Positions 40,386 to 50,386 of a stretch of 64,000 nucleotides of DNA are shown piece by piece. Positions within the stretch are counted from its first letter, which is position 1, and each line of letters opens with the position of its first letter. Source of the stretch: Candidatus Poribacteria bacterium (lineage in GTDB: Bacteria; Poribacteria; WGA-4E; PCPOR2b); assembly GCA_965218095.1 (NCBI GenBank), contig OZ244587.1:768001-832000 (forward strand), written 5' to 3'. The notes beneath the pieces are model-generated. The model was not told the DNA's origin and did no database searches. It saw only the letters and a program-made list of their open reading frames with translations. The position numbers were made by a program, and so were the translations under genes.

Positions 40386-42053
40386 TCAGATTGAGGTTGG
40401 AGTATACGCTTCAACCCCAATCTGATTTTTTGAAATTTGCTCCTCTTTTTTGCCAAAAAAGTAGATAAAGAGTAGAACCCCAGCAATGATTGTAACACTA
40501 TAACAAGCGATATAAAGCCCCAAATGGATTTTGTACATCACAAATTGGAGAGCTAAAACGACTCCAAAAACGAGTAGACCACATAAGTGCAAAATAAACA
40601 CCATATAATGCGTATAACGTTCGCTTTGAATATATTCTTGGGTGAGCGGTAGTCCGAAACTCGGTTTTGGGTAAAAGACAACGTAACAGAGCAGAGCGAT
40701 TAGACCCGGCAGCAAATAAAAACCTCCCCAAAAGCGGGGCCAAAGAAAGGTTGCAACGGTTGTGAATAACAAAGTATAAGGGAAGATCATGTAGACCAAT
40801 GCTGTTGCCTGCACGCCTCTCCATAAAGCATGAGGATTTGCAAGTGGGGCGCAGCGAAACAACCACGCAGCTCTCCAATGCTCCGAATACCGAATCTGAC
40901 TGAGGAAAGAGACGATGAAGCCTGAGCCGATAAAGAAGAAAAGAGCTGAGACACCGAGTGCGAGCCAGATAGTGAAAGGTTTTCCAATACTATTCAGAAA
41001 CAAATCATAGTCACGAAACAGGAGAACGAGAATAATAACGATACTCCCAAGATTACGGAGAAACCGGAATTGTGTCGTCCTATCGCGTCGCAGGTAGGCG
41101 AAAACAAGATCAGCCGTAGCACGGGTTTCACGCCTCCTGAACAGACGTGCGACGACAGATGTCTTGATCTTGAGTTGCGAACTTCGTGTTCTCCTAGCCT
41201 CCGACAAAGAGGCAAGATATTTTGAGTAACTTTTGGCAATACTGCGGAGCGGTCCAACCACCAACAGCACAATTGCAGCGATCGCAAGGGCGGTTAAAAT
41301 CAGAAATTGGCGGTGTGTATTTCCAAGTGCAAGCGACACTGCCCCAGCAAACCAACTGTTGGGTAACAGATAGAACGCCTTAAAGAGGGAGACCATCTTA
41401 TCCGTTGCCAACTCTGTAAAGAAACGGGGACCGAGTAGATAGATAGCCGGAAAGAAAATAGCAAAAGCCAACTGCGCGTATTGAGCAATATTTCGGAACC
41501 GCTCTTTCGTGTAAAGTTTTGTCAAATACCCTGCAAACACCGTCATCAATCCAATCATGAAAAAACCAGCGATAAAGGAGATAGGAAAGTAAACGACGGG
41601 AAAAAACGGATTTTGTTCTTCTGTCCACAACCCAAAGATAGCGGGTAGCAGATTTAAGCATCCCAACAACAGGACAGCGTAAGTCAGCAGCTGCGTTAGC
41701 TTCACAATAAAATAGGTGCGCGATGACACCGGTGTATGTGATACGACAAGATAGTTTGTCGAACTAAGAATAATATCAAAGTGCGGAAGAATCAAAAGTA
41801 CAACCAGCACCATTGTACCTGACAGTGTCAAAAGTGTATAACTGAACGTATCCAAGGGTAGGAAAAATACTGTCGTGGCAATTACGGCACTAAAAATAAA
41901 ACAGAAGAAGCACGTCAAACCGAGAGAAGCGTTGGCAAAACCACGTTCGCGTTCTGCATCAACTGCACGGGTGGCGACAGCCTTCTCTACTGTCAGAAGT
42001 TGCCTGTAGTGCGTTGGATCTGCCCCGAACATCTCAGCGATTTTGTCAAGCAT
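40386..42053 (-). CDS. ABC exporter permease (duplicated, about 12 TM)
   Basis: Highly hydrophobic; 'HTPVSSRTYF..K'; overlaps the ABC ATPase stop. Confidence 0.7.
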   Translation of the reverse strand: MLDKIAEMFGADPTHYRQLLTVEKAVATRAVDAERERGFANASLGLTCFFCFIFSAVIATTVFFLPLDTFSYTLLTLSGTMVLVVLLILPHFDIILSSTNYLVVSHTPVSSRTYFIVKLTQLLTYAVLLLGCLNLLPAIFGLWTEEQNPFFPVVYFPISFIAGFFMIGLMTVFAGYLTKLYTKERFRNIAQYAQLAFAIFFPAIYLLGPRFFTELATDKMVSLFKAFYLLPNSWFAGAVSLALGNTHRQFLILTALAIAAIVLLVVGPLRSIAKSYSKYLASLSEARRTRSSQLKIKTSVVARLFRRRETRATADLVFAYLRRDRTTQFRFLRNLGSIVIILVLLFRDYDLFLNSIGKPFTIWLALGVSALFFFIGSGFIVSFLSQIRYSEHWRAAWLFRCAPLANPHALWRGVQATALVYMIFPYTLLFTTVATFLWPRFWGGFYLLPGLIALLCYVVFYPKPSFGLPLTQEYIQSERYTHYMVFILHLCGLLVFGVVLALQFVMYKIHLGLYIACYSVTIIAGVLLFIYFFGKKEEQISKNQIGVEAYTPTSI

Positions 42054-42825
42054 CGGAGCCTCCCATCAGAATCCGAAGGGCTTCCTCAGTTTTCTGGTCG
42101 ATTCCGCTGCTGGTATCCGTAAGTTGTGTGAAAATCTGGTTCAGTGCTGTTTCGCTTGTCATCTTTCGCAGTTCATCAACCGTTGCGTCGGCGATTAGTT
42201 TTCCTTGGTTGATAATCATAATCCGTGGACAGAGCGTCTCTGCGACTTCAAGAATATGAGTACAGTACAAGATGGTTTTCCCCGCATCAGCGAAGCGTTG
42301 TAGAATCGTTTTCATGAGTGTGACTGTCGTCACATCCAAGTTGGTGAAGGGTTCGTCCAAAAACAGAACATCCGGATTATGCAACAAGGCGGACATAATG
42401 AGCAGTTTCTGGCGCATCCCTTGCGAAAAACTACCTATCTTTTGCGTTCCCTGCGGCTCCATGTCAAAGAGTCGCGTGAGGTCACGTATCTTCTGGGCGA
42501 TAAGCGTTTCTTCGACGTGATAGAGCCTACCCATCAACTGAAGGTGCTCGACTAAGGTTAAACTTTCGTATAATTGCGCGTCTTCGGGGACGTATCCGAC
42601 ATGCTTTTTTAGTTCGAGCAGCTCGGCCGCCGCATCATAACCGGTGACCGAGATTTTACCTTCCGTCGGTTCAAGCAGGCCGACAAGCATCTTTAGTGTC
42701 GTGCTTTTTCCCGCACCGTTGGGCCCGAGGTAACCCACGATCTGACCTTGTGGCACATCAAAGCTAATATCATCAACAGCGACGGTCCTTCCATATCTCT
42801 TTGTGAGATGAGAGACGTGAATCAT
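42046..42825 (-). CDS. ABC transporter ATP-binding protein
   Basis: GPNGAGKST, FSQGMRQK, LFLDEP, H-loop. Confidence 0.95.
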   Translation of the reverse strand: MIHVSHLTKRYGRTVAVDDISFDVPQGQIVGYLGPNGAGKSTTLKMLVGLLEPTEGKISVTGYDAAAELLELKKHVGYVPEDAQLYESLTLVEHLQLMGRLYHVEETLIAQKIRDLTRLFDMEPQGTQKIGSFSQGMRQKLLIMSALLHNPDVLFLDEPFTNLDVTTVTLMKTILQRFADAGKTILYCTHILEVAETLCPRIMIINQGKLIADATVDELRKMTSETALNQIFTQLTDTSSGIDQKTEEALRILMGGSDA

Positions 42826-42960
42826 AGAAGCACTCCACGCGCTAAGTCACCATTTAGCGTTTATCAGTCCCCCACTAAAAATCGGAAGAAACCGATGGCG
42901 TTTTGTGTCAATCAATTCGCTCGCTGTTGAGCACGACGTACCTGATAGCACCGGTAAAAT

Positions 42961-44433
42961 TTATGCTTCAAGCAACCTTGGGACGATTCGCTGTTGGTAA
43001 GCATAATTTTCTTCCGGCGGCACCGTCGCTTTCTCTATAGGCAAAGTAACCAGTTTGCCTTCGTGGATAGCAGCCTCAAACTCCGGGCGGAATTTCCGCA
43101 GATAACTCACCGCGGGCCACGAGACAGCAATGCCAAAAACGCAGATTGTATTCCACGTCATTGTGTCCACATTGGCGATGTTATTTGCGACGTCCTCCAG
43201 CAAGTCAAGATCTTCATAGACCTCTTCCACTTCGCCGGTATCACCCCATCTACCGCTCTCTGTAATACTAAACTTGGGTCGCGTAATCGTCGTTTTGCGG
43301 CCTTTCCCATCAGCAATCCGTTGTACGATGTCTCGTACCCAGGGCGTTCCCCAACGGCACGGGGTGCACTGTCCACACGATTCATGCGCGTAGAATTTCA
43401 TAATGTTGAGGAGGCAATCAACAATGTTTCGCGTTTCGTTCATGACGATAATGCCCCCGGAACCGAGCATCGACTTCCAGAGCGTCAATGAGGTGAAGTC
43501 CAGGCGACACGCCAACTCATAATGCGTCAAGATCGGCGCGGAACTTCCGCCGGGGATGACGGCTTTTACACGCTCACCCCTGACGCTGCCCGCGACTTCG
43601 ATTAACTCCTCGGCGGTCAAGCCGAGGTCGAGTTCATACACGCCCGGCTTATTCACATCCCCACTGATGCAATACAGTTTTGTCCCTGTGTTCGGGTCTG
43701 GCGTTGGCGGATTAAACCGCGTATCCCCGTAAGTGCGTCCGATACTGGTATACCATTCGACGCCCTGCGCCATCAGGAAAGGCAGATTACACAAAGTTTC
43801 CACATTCTGCACAACCGTTGGTTTGTGAAATAGCCCTTCGACTGCGGGGAATGGTGGTTTCACCCGCGGTTGCCCCCGTTTCCCTTCAAGAGATTCAATC
43901 AGTCCCGTTTCCTCACCGCAGATATACGCACCAGCACCGGGATGCGTATAGATGTCAACATTAAGACCGCTCCCGAGAATATCTTTGCCGAGATAACCTT
44001 TGGCGTAGGCTTCGTCAATCGCGGCATCAAGCATCTTCTTGCCAAGCGTGAACTCGCCACGAATATACACGTAGCAAGTCTCGATACCCATCGCGTAACA
44101 GCAGATGAGAATACCTTCAATCAGCAGGTGCGGATTTCTCTCCAGTACATACCGATTGCTGAACGTCCCCGGCTCACTCTCGTCCGCATTACAACAGAGA
44201 TAACACGGCTTGATGTCTCTAGGCACAAAACTCCATTTTAATCCCGTCGAAAATCCTGCACCGCCACGCCCTTTCAGCCCGGATTTCATCACCATATCGC
44301 AAATTTCTTCTGGCTTATACTCCTTGACTGCCTTCTCAAAGCGTTTATAGCCATCATACTGACGGAACACATCAAATGTGTTGATGTCCGGTACATCCAA
44401 ATGTTCGTAGAGAATACGTCTTTCTTGAACCAT
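42961..44433 (-). CDS. nuoF: NADH-quinone oxidoreductase subunit F
   Basis: GRGGAGF, NADESEPGTF, GAYICGEET, HESCGQCTPCR. Confidence 0.97.
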   Translation of the reverse strand: MVQERRILYEHLDVPDINTFDVFRQYDGYKRFEKAVKEYKPEEICDMVMKSGLKGRGGAGFSTGLKWSFVPRDIKPCYLCCNADESEPGTFSNRYVLERNPHLLIEGILICCYAMGIETCYVYIRGEFTLGKKMLDAAIDEAYAKGYLGKDILGSGLNVDIYTHPGAGAYICGEETGLIESLEGKRGQPRVKPPFPAVEGLFHKPTVVQNVETLCNLPFLMAQGVEWYTSIGRTYGDTRFNPPTPDPNTGTKLYCISGDVNKPGVYELDLGLTAEELIEVAGSVRGERVKAVIPGGSSAPILTHYELACRLDFTSLTLWKSMLGSGGIIVMNETRNIVDCLLNIMKFYAHESCGQCTPCRWGTPWVRDIVQRIADGKGRKTTITRPKFSITESGRWGDTGEVEEVYEDLDLLEDVANNIANVDTMTWNTICVFGIAVSWPAVSYLRKFRPEFEAAIHEGKLVTLPIEKATVPPEENYAYQQRIVPRLLEA

Positions 44434-44448
44434 GAGCCATCTCCAACC

Positions 44449-44970
44449 TTACGCTAAACTGTCCAAAACCTCATCTATCTTTTGCGAGGTGAAGTTTTTA
44501 TACAACTCGTCGTTGATCATTACGACAGGCGCCACATCGCAAGATGCCAAACATTCTGATTTCAGCAGGGTAAATTTTCCATCCGGGGTCGTCCCTTTTG
44601 CCAGGTCTGTCTCAGAAGCAACCTCTATATCGAGCTTTTGTTTAATCTGATCTAGCACCAATTTACAATCTCTCAACGCACAGGGGAGTGTATAGCAAAC
44701 GCGGATGACATATTTACCAACCGGTTCCTCAAAGAACATCGGATAAAATGTCACCACATCCTTGACCTTCATCACTGCCACTTCTAGGAGTTCAGCGACA
44801 TACTCCATGACGGCGGGACTGATGTAGCCCGCCTGCCTCTGTGCAAGATGAAGTGTCGGAAGCATGGCAGCCTCCTTCACCGGATACCGCTGAATCAGCC
44901 GATCAAACTCCCGTTGATTTTCCTCTGAAAACTGGAATGGCGTTTCTATTTGAATAAGTTCATCGGACAT
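44449..44970 (-). CDS. nuoE: NADH-quinone oxidoreductase subunit E
   Basis: VVTFYPMF, CYTLPC, ECLASCD.APV. Confidence 0.95.
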   Translation of the reverse strand: MSDELIQIETPFQFSEENQREFDRLIQRYPVKEAAMLPTLHLAQRQAGYISPAVMEYVAELLEVAVMKVKDVVTFYPMFFEEPVGKYVIRVCYTLPCALRDCKLVLDQIKQKLDIEVASETDLAKGTTPDGKFTLLKSECLASCDVAPVVMINDELYKNFTSQKIDEVLDSLA

Positions 44971-45069
44971 CTACTCGTTCTTTCTGAGAAGAAATGACTA
45001 AAGTGCGTTGCGTCAGTTAGGGTGTCTAGAATCACTACTATTCGCGGAGAGTGGACGCCACAATCTCCG

Positions 45070-45502
45070 TTAGTCTGAAGGACGATCAGTTCGTAAGCCC
45101 ACAGCAATCGCTAAACCAACAATCAAGACCGCAGCAACTCCTAAACAGAGAAGCAGCAGCCAAGGAGGCTCTTTTTTGTGCATTTTTAGAGACACATAGT
45201 GATCTGCGCCAGCAATAATTGTGACCGGTTTGCCAGTGCGATCGCCATATCCCTCCTTGTAAATACTAAGCAGATAACGACTTGGCGGTATACCAGATTT
45301 CTTAAATTCACCCGTGCTATCTGATGTCGTTTCAAATTCTGTACCATCAGCACTGACAATAACAACTCTGACCCCTTCGATTGGGAGTTGCGCCGTTGAG
45401 GTATCAGAGATATAACCACGAACTGTCCCCGTTTTTGCATCTTGGGCAAACACCACCCCGGGAATGCCCCACAGACAGCAAAATAAGGCTTAACCGCTTC
45501 AT
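45070..45502 (-). pseudogene. Carboxypeptidase-regulatory-like domain membrane-anchored protein; signal peptide frameshifted
   Basis: 'GTVRGYISD..T..PIEGVRV...TDSTGEF' beta domain plus C-terminal TM; RBS-preceded ATG 45502 (MKRLSLILL) is out of frame with the body. Confidence 0.6.
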
Positions 45503-45636
45503 GTTTTCGCCTCGACTTATGATGTGTCTCTGTTGAACGGTCTCCAGCAGATACCGAATGATCGCAGAGTGATTCCCACCGCTTCGCCGTCAAAGATAGC
45601 GAGGCTTGGCAGTGCAGGGGCTTGAACCTTTTGCTA

Positions 45637-46833
45637 TCACCGATCCAATTCCCCAGCAATGATATTTAGACTCCCCAATACGGCGACAATGTCTGATACC
45701 ATACAGCCTTCGATCATGTGAGGCACCGCTTGGAAATGGACAAAGCTGGGTGGCCGAATACGGCAGCGATACGCCTTACCACTGCCGTCACTGACGAGAT
45801 AAAATCCGAGTTCACCATTCGGCGACTCGGTGGCACAATAGACTTCACCCACGGGGGGTTGAACGCCGTGTCCATCCATAATAATCTTGAAGTGGTGAAT
45901 TAAACCTTCGATATTTCCGTAGGCGTCCGCTTTCGTCGGCAGGCTGATTTTATAGTCATCCACATTGACGGGCCCATCGGGAAGATTATCAAGTGCCTGC
46001 TGAACAATTCGACCACTCTGGATCATCTCTTCCATACGCACGAGATACCGGTCATAGACATCGCCATTGGTCCCGACGGGAACATCGAAATCGAAGTTCT
46101 CATAGGAGGAGTACGGCTCGGCTTTGCGTAAATCCCAATCCACCCCGGACGCACGCAGACATGGACCTGTAAAGCCGTAATCGATTGCATCTTCGGCGGA
46201 CACCACCCCAACATCTTTGGTCCGATCCATCCAGATCCGGTTTCGGGTCAGCAGTGTATGAACCTCTTTCAGGGTTTTCGGAAAGCTACTGATGAACGCC
46301 CGGACATCTTCCTCAAAACCGTCGTATATGTCTCTCAAGAGCCCTCCGACGCGGGTATAGCTGGTGGTCAAGCGGGCACCGGTGGTTTTCTCGAAGATGC
46401 TGTACAACTTCTCGCGCTCTTCAAACCCGTATAACATCACTGTAAGTGCCCCCAGGTCTAGCGCACCCATACCGAGCCAAAGGAGGTGATCTGCGATGCG
46501 GGAGAGTTCAGCAAGGATAACGCGGATATACTCGCAACGCTTGGGGACTTGGAGTTCCATCAACTTTTCCACGGCAAGCACATAGCCGAAGTTGTTAGAC
46601 AGCGGTGAGAGGTAGTTCATCCGGTCGGTCACGACGATAAACTGGTTGTAATCATGGTGCTCCCCTAACTTCTCGAAACCAGTATGTAGATAACCGAGAT
46701 GGGGCGTCGCTTTCAGGATGGTTTCGCCATCAAGTTCTACGACAATTCTCAGGGTGCCGTGGGTTGCGGGGTGCTGTGGACCAAAGTTCAGCGTCATCGG
46801 TTCGCCAGCAACTCGATCTGGATCGTTGTGCAT
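45637..46833 (-). CDS. nuoD: NADH-quinone oxidoreductase subunit D
   Basis: NFGPQHPATHGTLR, GYLHTGFEK, DRMNY, ESPNGELG, GELDR. Confidence 0.98.
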   Translation of the reverse strand: MHNDPDRVAGEPMTLNFGPQHPATHGTLRIVVELDGETILKATPHLGYLHTGFEKLGEHHDYNQFIVVTDRMNYLSPLSNNFGYVLAVEKLMELQVPKRCEYIRVILAELSRIADHLLWLGMGALDLGALTVMLYGFEEREKLYSIFEKTTGARLTTSYTRVGGLLRDIYDGFEEDVRAFISSFPKTLKEVHTLLTRNRIWMDRTKDVGVVSAEDAIDYGFTGPCLRASGVDWDLRKAEPYSSYENFDFDVPVGTNGDVYDRYLVRMEEMIQSGRIVQQALDNLPDGPVNVDDYKISLPTKADAYGNIEGLIHHFKIIMDGHGVQPPVGEVYCATESPNGELGFYLVSDGSGKAYRCRIRPPSFVHFQAVPHMIEGCMVSDIVAVLGSLNIIAGELDR

Positions 46834-46896
46834 CTTTTTTCTCCAAGCGTAAAGTGTGAAAAGCACTCACAAATGGCTTTCTTCTTACGTTTTACA

Positions 46897-47448
46897 TTAC
46901 GCATTCTGCCGCTCAAAGTTAAAGGTCTCACGTTCTCCACGACCACGTAGCGGATAGTCCTTACGAAGCGGGTGTCCTTCATAGTCATCGGGCATCAAGA
47001 TTCGGCGGAGGTCCGGATGATTCTCAAAGGTGATCCCAAACATATCGTAGGTTTCCCGCTCCAGCCAATCCGCGACCTTCCAGATTGACGCCATTGATGG
47101 GAGGCTGAGTTCTCTTTCATGAACGGGAACTTTGACACGCAAACGTTCTCTCTTTTCTGTTGAAAGCAGATGATAGACGACCATGAACCTCGCATAGTCG
47201 TATTTCATGAGGGCGTCTTCCATCAGGGAATAATCAACTGCTGTGACATCAGCAAGAAAGTTGTATGCGAGTTCTGAATCGTTTTTCAGGAACGCCATTA
47301 GTTCATAGATGGCATCTTTATGCACAACAATCGTCAGTTCGCCCCGTGCATCGGAAACGTCAAGGATCGCATCAGGGTATTTTTCTTGAACTTTTTGAAC
47401 GACAAGGGGCCGTTGTGCTTTAGCTGTTACCTCTTGCTCTTCACTCAT
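46897..47448 (-). CDS. nuoC: NADH-quinone oxidoreductase subunit C
   Basis: VTAVDY, WLERETYDMFGI.F..HPDLRRIL, HPLRKDYP. Confidence 0.97.
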   Translation of the reverse strand: MSEEQEVTAKAQRPLVVQKVQEKYPDAILDVSDARGELTIVVHKDAIYELMAFLKNDSELAYNFLADVTAVDYSLMEDALMKYDYARFMVVYHLLSTEKRERLRVKVPVHERELSLPSMASIWKVADWLERETYDMFGITFENHPDLRRILMPDDYEGHPLRKDYPLRGRGERETFNFERQNA

Positions 47449-47460
47449 TGGACTTATCCT

Positions 47461-47967
47461 CTAACTAGTACTAGCAATCGCACCTTTCTGCTTTCCAGGG
47501 GCGACACTCTCTCCTTCCACGATGCGTTGGATTTGCATCACGGCGTCAATGAGATCTTCAGGACGGGGTGGGCAGCCGGGGATGTAAATATCAACGGGAA
47601 TAAACTGATCAACGCCTTGTATTAAAGTATAGGTATCAAAAACACCGCCTGTGGAAGCGCATGCCCCCATTGAGATGACCCATTTGGGTTCAGGCATCTG
47701 ATCGTAGATTTTTTTCAAGACCGGCATCATTTTAATCGAGATGCGCCCCGAAACAATCAACAAATCCGACTGACGCGGCGAAAATCGAATGGCTTCCGCA
47801 CCGAAGCGGGAGAGGTCGAACTTCGACGCCAAGGCCGCCATCATTTCAATGGCACAACAGGCAGTGCCAAACGGCATCGGCCAGAGCGAGTTTTTTCGTC
47901 CCCAGTTCACAAACTTATCGATGGTAGTGGTGAATATATTGTCTCCCAGCTTACTTTCTAATCCCAT
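47461..47967 (-). CDS. nuoB: NADH-quinone oxidoreductase subunit B
   Basis: [31 protein letters not shown]. Confidence 0.98.
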   Translation of the reverse strand: MGLESKLGDNIFTTTIDKFVNWGRKNSLWPMPFGTACCAIEMMAALASKFDLSRFGAEAIRFSPRQSDLLIVSGRISIKMMPVLKKIYDQMPEPKWVISMGACASTGGVFDTYTLIQGVDQFIPVDIYIPGCPPRPEDLIDAVMQIQRIVEGESVAPGKQKGAIASTS

Positions 47968-48326
47968 GACAGACCACCTTTCTTCCAAGCGTAGATATAA
48001 CCTAAAAAGAGAATACCGATGAAGACCAGCATTTCAACGAGAATAAAATAGCCACTGGTCTCCGTGAATTTCTTAAAGACAATTGCCCATGGATAGAGAA
48101 ACACAACTTCAATATCAAAAATGATAAAGAGCATAGCGATTAGACTAAAGCGGATGGAAATCCGTTGGCGGGTATCTCCGACCGGCTGAACGCCGGATTC
48201 GTAGACAGAGAGTTTTGATTTCGTAGATTTCTTTGGCCCAACTAGGTGAGTGATCGCAAGATTCACTCCCGCGAAACCTATGGCAAAAAGCAGCAACAGG
48301 AGTATAGGTAAGTAATCGATTAACAT
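47958..48326 (-). CDS. nuoA: NADH-quinone oxidoreductase subunit A
   Basis: [29 protein letters not shown]. Confidence 0.97.
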   Translation of the reverse strand: MLIDYLPILLLLLFAIGFAGVNLAITHLVGPKKSTKSKLSVYESGVQPVGDTRQRISIRFSLIAMLFIIFDIEVVFLYPWAIVFKKFTETSGYFILVEMLVFIGILFLGYIYAWKKGGLSWD

Positions 48327-48566
48327 TTTTAAGATAAGCGGCGTTTTCAGCCAAAATGTACGGTGGTAGCCCGAATAAAGCAATTGAATATCGGCTTGTG
48401 AAATTTTTCACATACTCAAGCCAAAAAAGAACGGGGCTCATTTTCAGCCCGTTTCATTTGACAAACGGCCATATTTTCTCACATTTTGGAAATGGTGTCA
48501 AGTCTTTTTTATCATGAACAAAAATAAATGCAAGACGAGACATTTTCTTGACCTAATCATGTTGCC

Positions 48567-48974
48567 CTAATCATCTAGCACGATTGGTAGGCACTTATAC
48601 TGTGTCCGAATCTTGTTTACCGTGGAAAGTACAAGCGGGCGTTCAATGATTTTGCGTTCCAGCCTTCGCTTACCGGGGAAATCGCAAAGAATCATGCCGA
48701 CAAGCAGGCTCAAGATACCTTGTCCCGGCGTAAATAGCATAATGAATCCGCCAATCAAAAAGACTATACCGCACACATTTTTTAAGCAACGCAGAAATAG
48801 ACGTAAAATGGGATTCCTTATACGGCTCACCCGCTTTTTCCGATTGAAATAGTCCGATGGTAGCGAAATGAGCAGTACCGAAACGCTCGCAAGACTTACA
48901 ATGATGGTGATTATAGATAGAATTAAGAACAGCATCCAATGGGTTTTAATCTGAAGGGTAATAAATTCAATCAC
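48567..48974 (-). CDS. PGPGW-family membrane protein
   Basis: 'MLFTPGQGIL....G..L.DFPGK' motif. Confidence 0.75.
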   Translation of the reverse strand: MIEFITLQIKTHWMLFLILSIITIIVSLASVSVLLISLPSDYFNRKKRVSRIRNPILRLFLRCLKNVCGIVFLIGGFIMLFTPGQGILSLLVGMILCDFPGKRRLERKIIERPLVLSTVNKIRTQYKCLPIVLDD

Positions 48975-49026
48975 GGATAATTCTTCTTCTCTCCGTTTGG
49001 ATTTCCGTCCGTCAGCTAATTGACTC

Positions 49027-49798
49027 TCATCGACGGGAGACCGCGCCTCCGTCAATTGTCAAGATATCGCCACTTATATAAGCTGCTTCATCGGATGTGA
49101 GGAATAGCACAGCACCGATATAGTCCCATACAGTTGCACGCCGATCCAGCGGAGGTGCGTCGGCTGGAGCGAAGGACAGATCTGGTAAGGAATTATCCTT
49201 TGGCAGATTCTGTGAGGAATTGATGCCTGTGGGTGCACCGCCACCGGGGGCAATCGCGTTGACGATAATGCCGTATGGGCGCAACTCAAGGGTGAGGCTC
49301 TGGGTAAGTTGATTCAACGCCGCCTTGCTGACACAGTAGTTCAAGACGCCATCATGAGATTCTTCAGCGTAAATCGGAGTTGTTGATGATGCGCCCACGA
49401 ATCCCTTGGCCAATCATCACCCTTGCTGCTGCTTGCACGCAAAGCAGGCGCCCCTTGACGTTGACTCCCATGACGCGATCAAATTCTTCGGCGGTCACTT
49501 CAAATAACGTTTGCCGGCCCAGAATACCCACATTATTGAACACAATGTCTAATTGTCCGAATGTTTCAACGGTGGTGTCAACAGCAGCTTGCACCTGTCC
49601 GGGGACAGTTACATCCACCGGTATGGCGATTGCCTGACCGCCTTCGTTTTGAACATCCGCGGCAACCGCATCCGCCATTCATCCGCCCGCAACGACGACG
49701 GCTGCGCCTTCGCGTGCAAATGCCAGACATGCCACCCTGCCGATGCCGAGCGGCCCACCACCACCTGTCACAAACGCAACTCGGTTTTCAAAACGCAT
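49027..49798 (-). pseudogene. SDR oxidoreductase pseudogene
   Basis: MRFENRVAFVTGGG..GIG, NNVG, YCVSK and IDGG are spread over three broken pieces. Confidence 0.85.
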
Positions 49799-50077
49799 CT
49801 GTTCTGCCTTGGTCAACTAATGAAATTTTATGTCAGCAAACTGCCGCTCATAATACCACATATTGCAGATACCGGTCAATCAAAAATAGAGATTATGAGT
49901 TGACGTTCCGTATAGGTTATGGTAGGATAGGGAAAAGAAAGGAAGCATAGTCAGTAGCAGAGAGGTTCTCTTGCGTCATACGCATTACGCTTTGCACACA
50001 ATGCACCGTGTTGTAGAAATTGCGGCAAATCTTAATCTCTTTTCCGATCTACCTACGTACCCATCGGGAGGAAAACC

Positions 50078-50315
50078 GTGATCTGGTTCGTCTTCGGTTC
50101 TGTTGTCATTGTGATGACTGGGGCGGGAATACTCATATCAAGATTGGCAGAGATTGCTAAAGCGGGCCGAGGCAAGAAGACGTGGATTTGGGGGGCGTCA
50201 TCATACTCATTGCGCTTATTGCGGCGCCGCTCCTTTTGTTGGGCATCATCGTCAAATTCGCGCAGTATACATCAGTAGGAAATGTTTTTGGGAATTTTGA
50301 TAACTCTCATAATTA
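50078..50315 (+). pseudogene. N-terminal remnant of a sodium:calcium antiporter-like gene
   Basis: 'MIW...ISRLAEI..G.GKTWI/GVII...VGNVFG' across a frameshift. Confidence 0.4.
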
Positions 50316-50386
50316 GCCACCATATCGCCGTTTGCGCGTAAAGACATATTATACCATACGGCTAAAGTGGGACAAGCAAATTTGCT

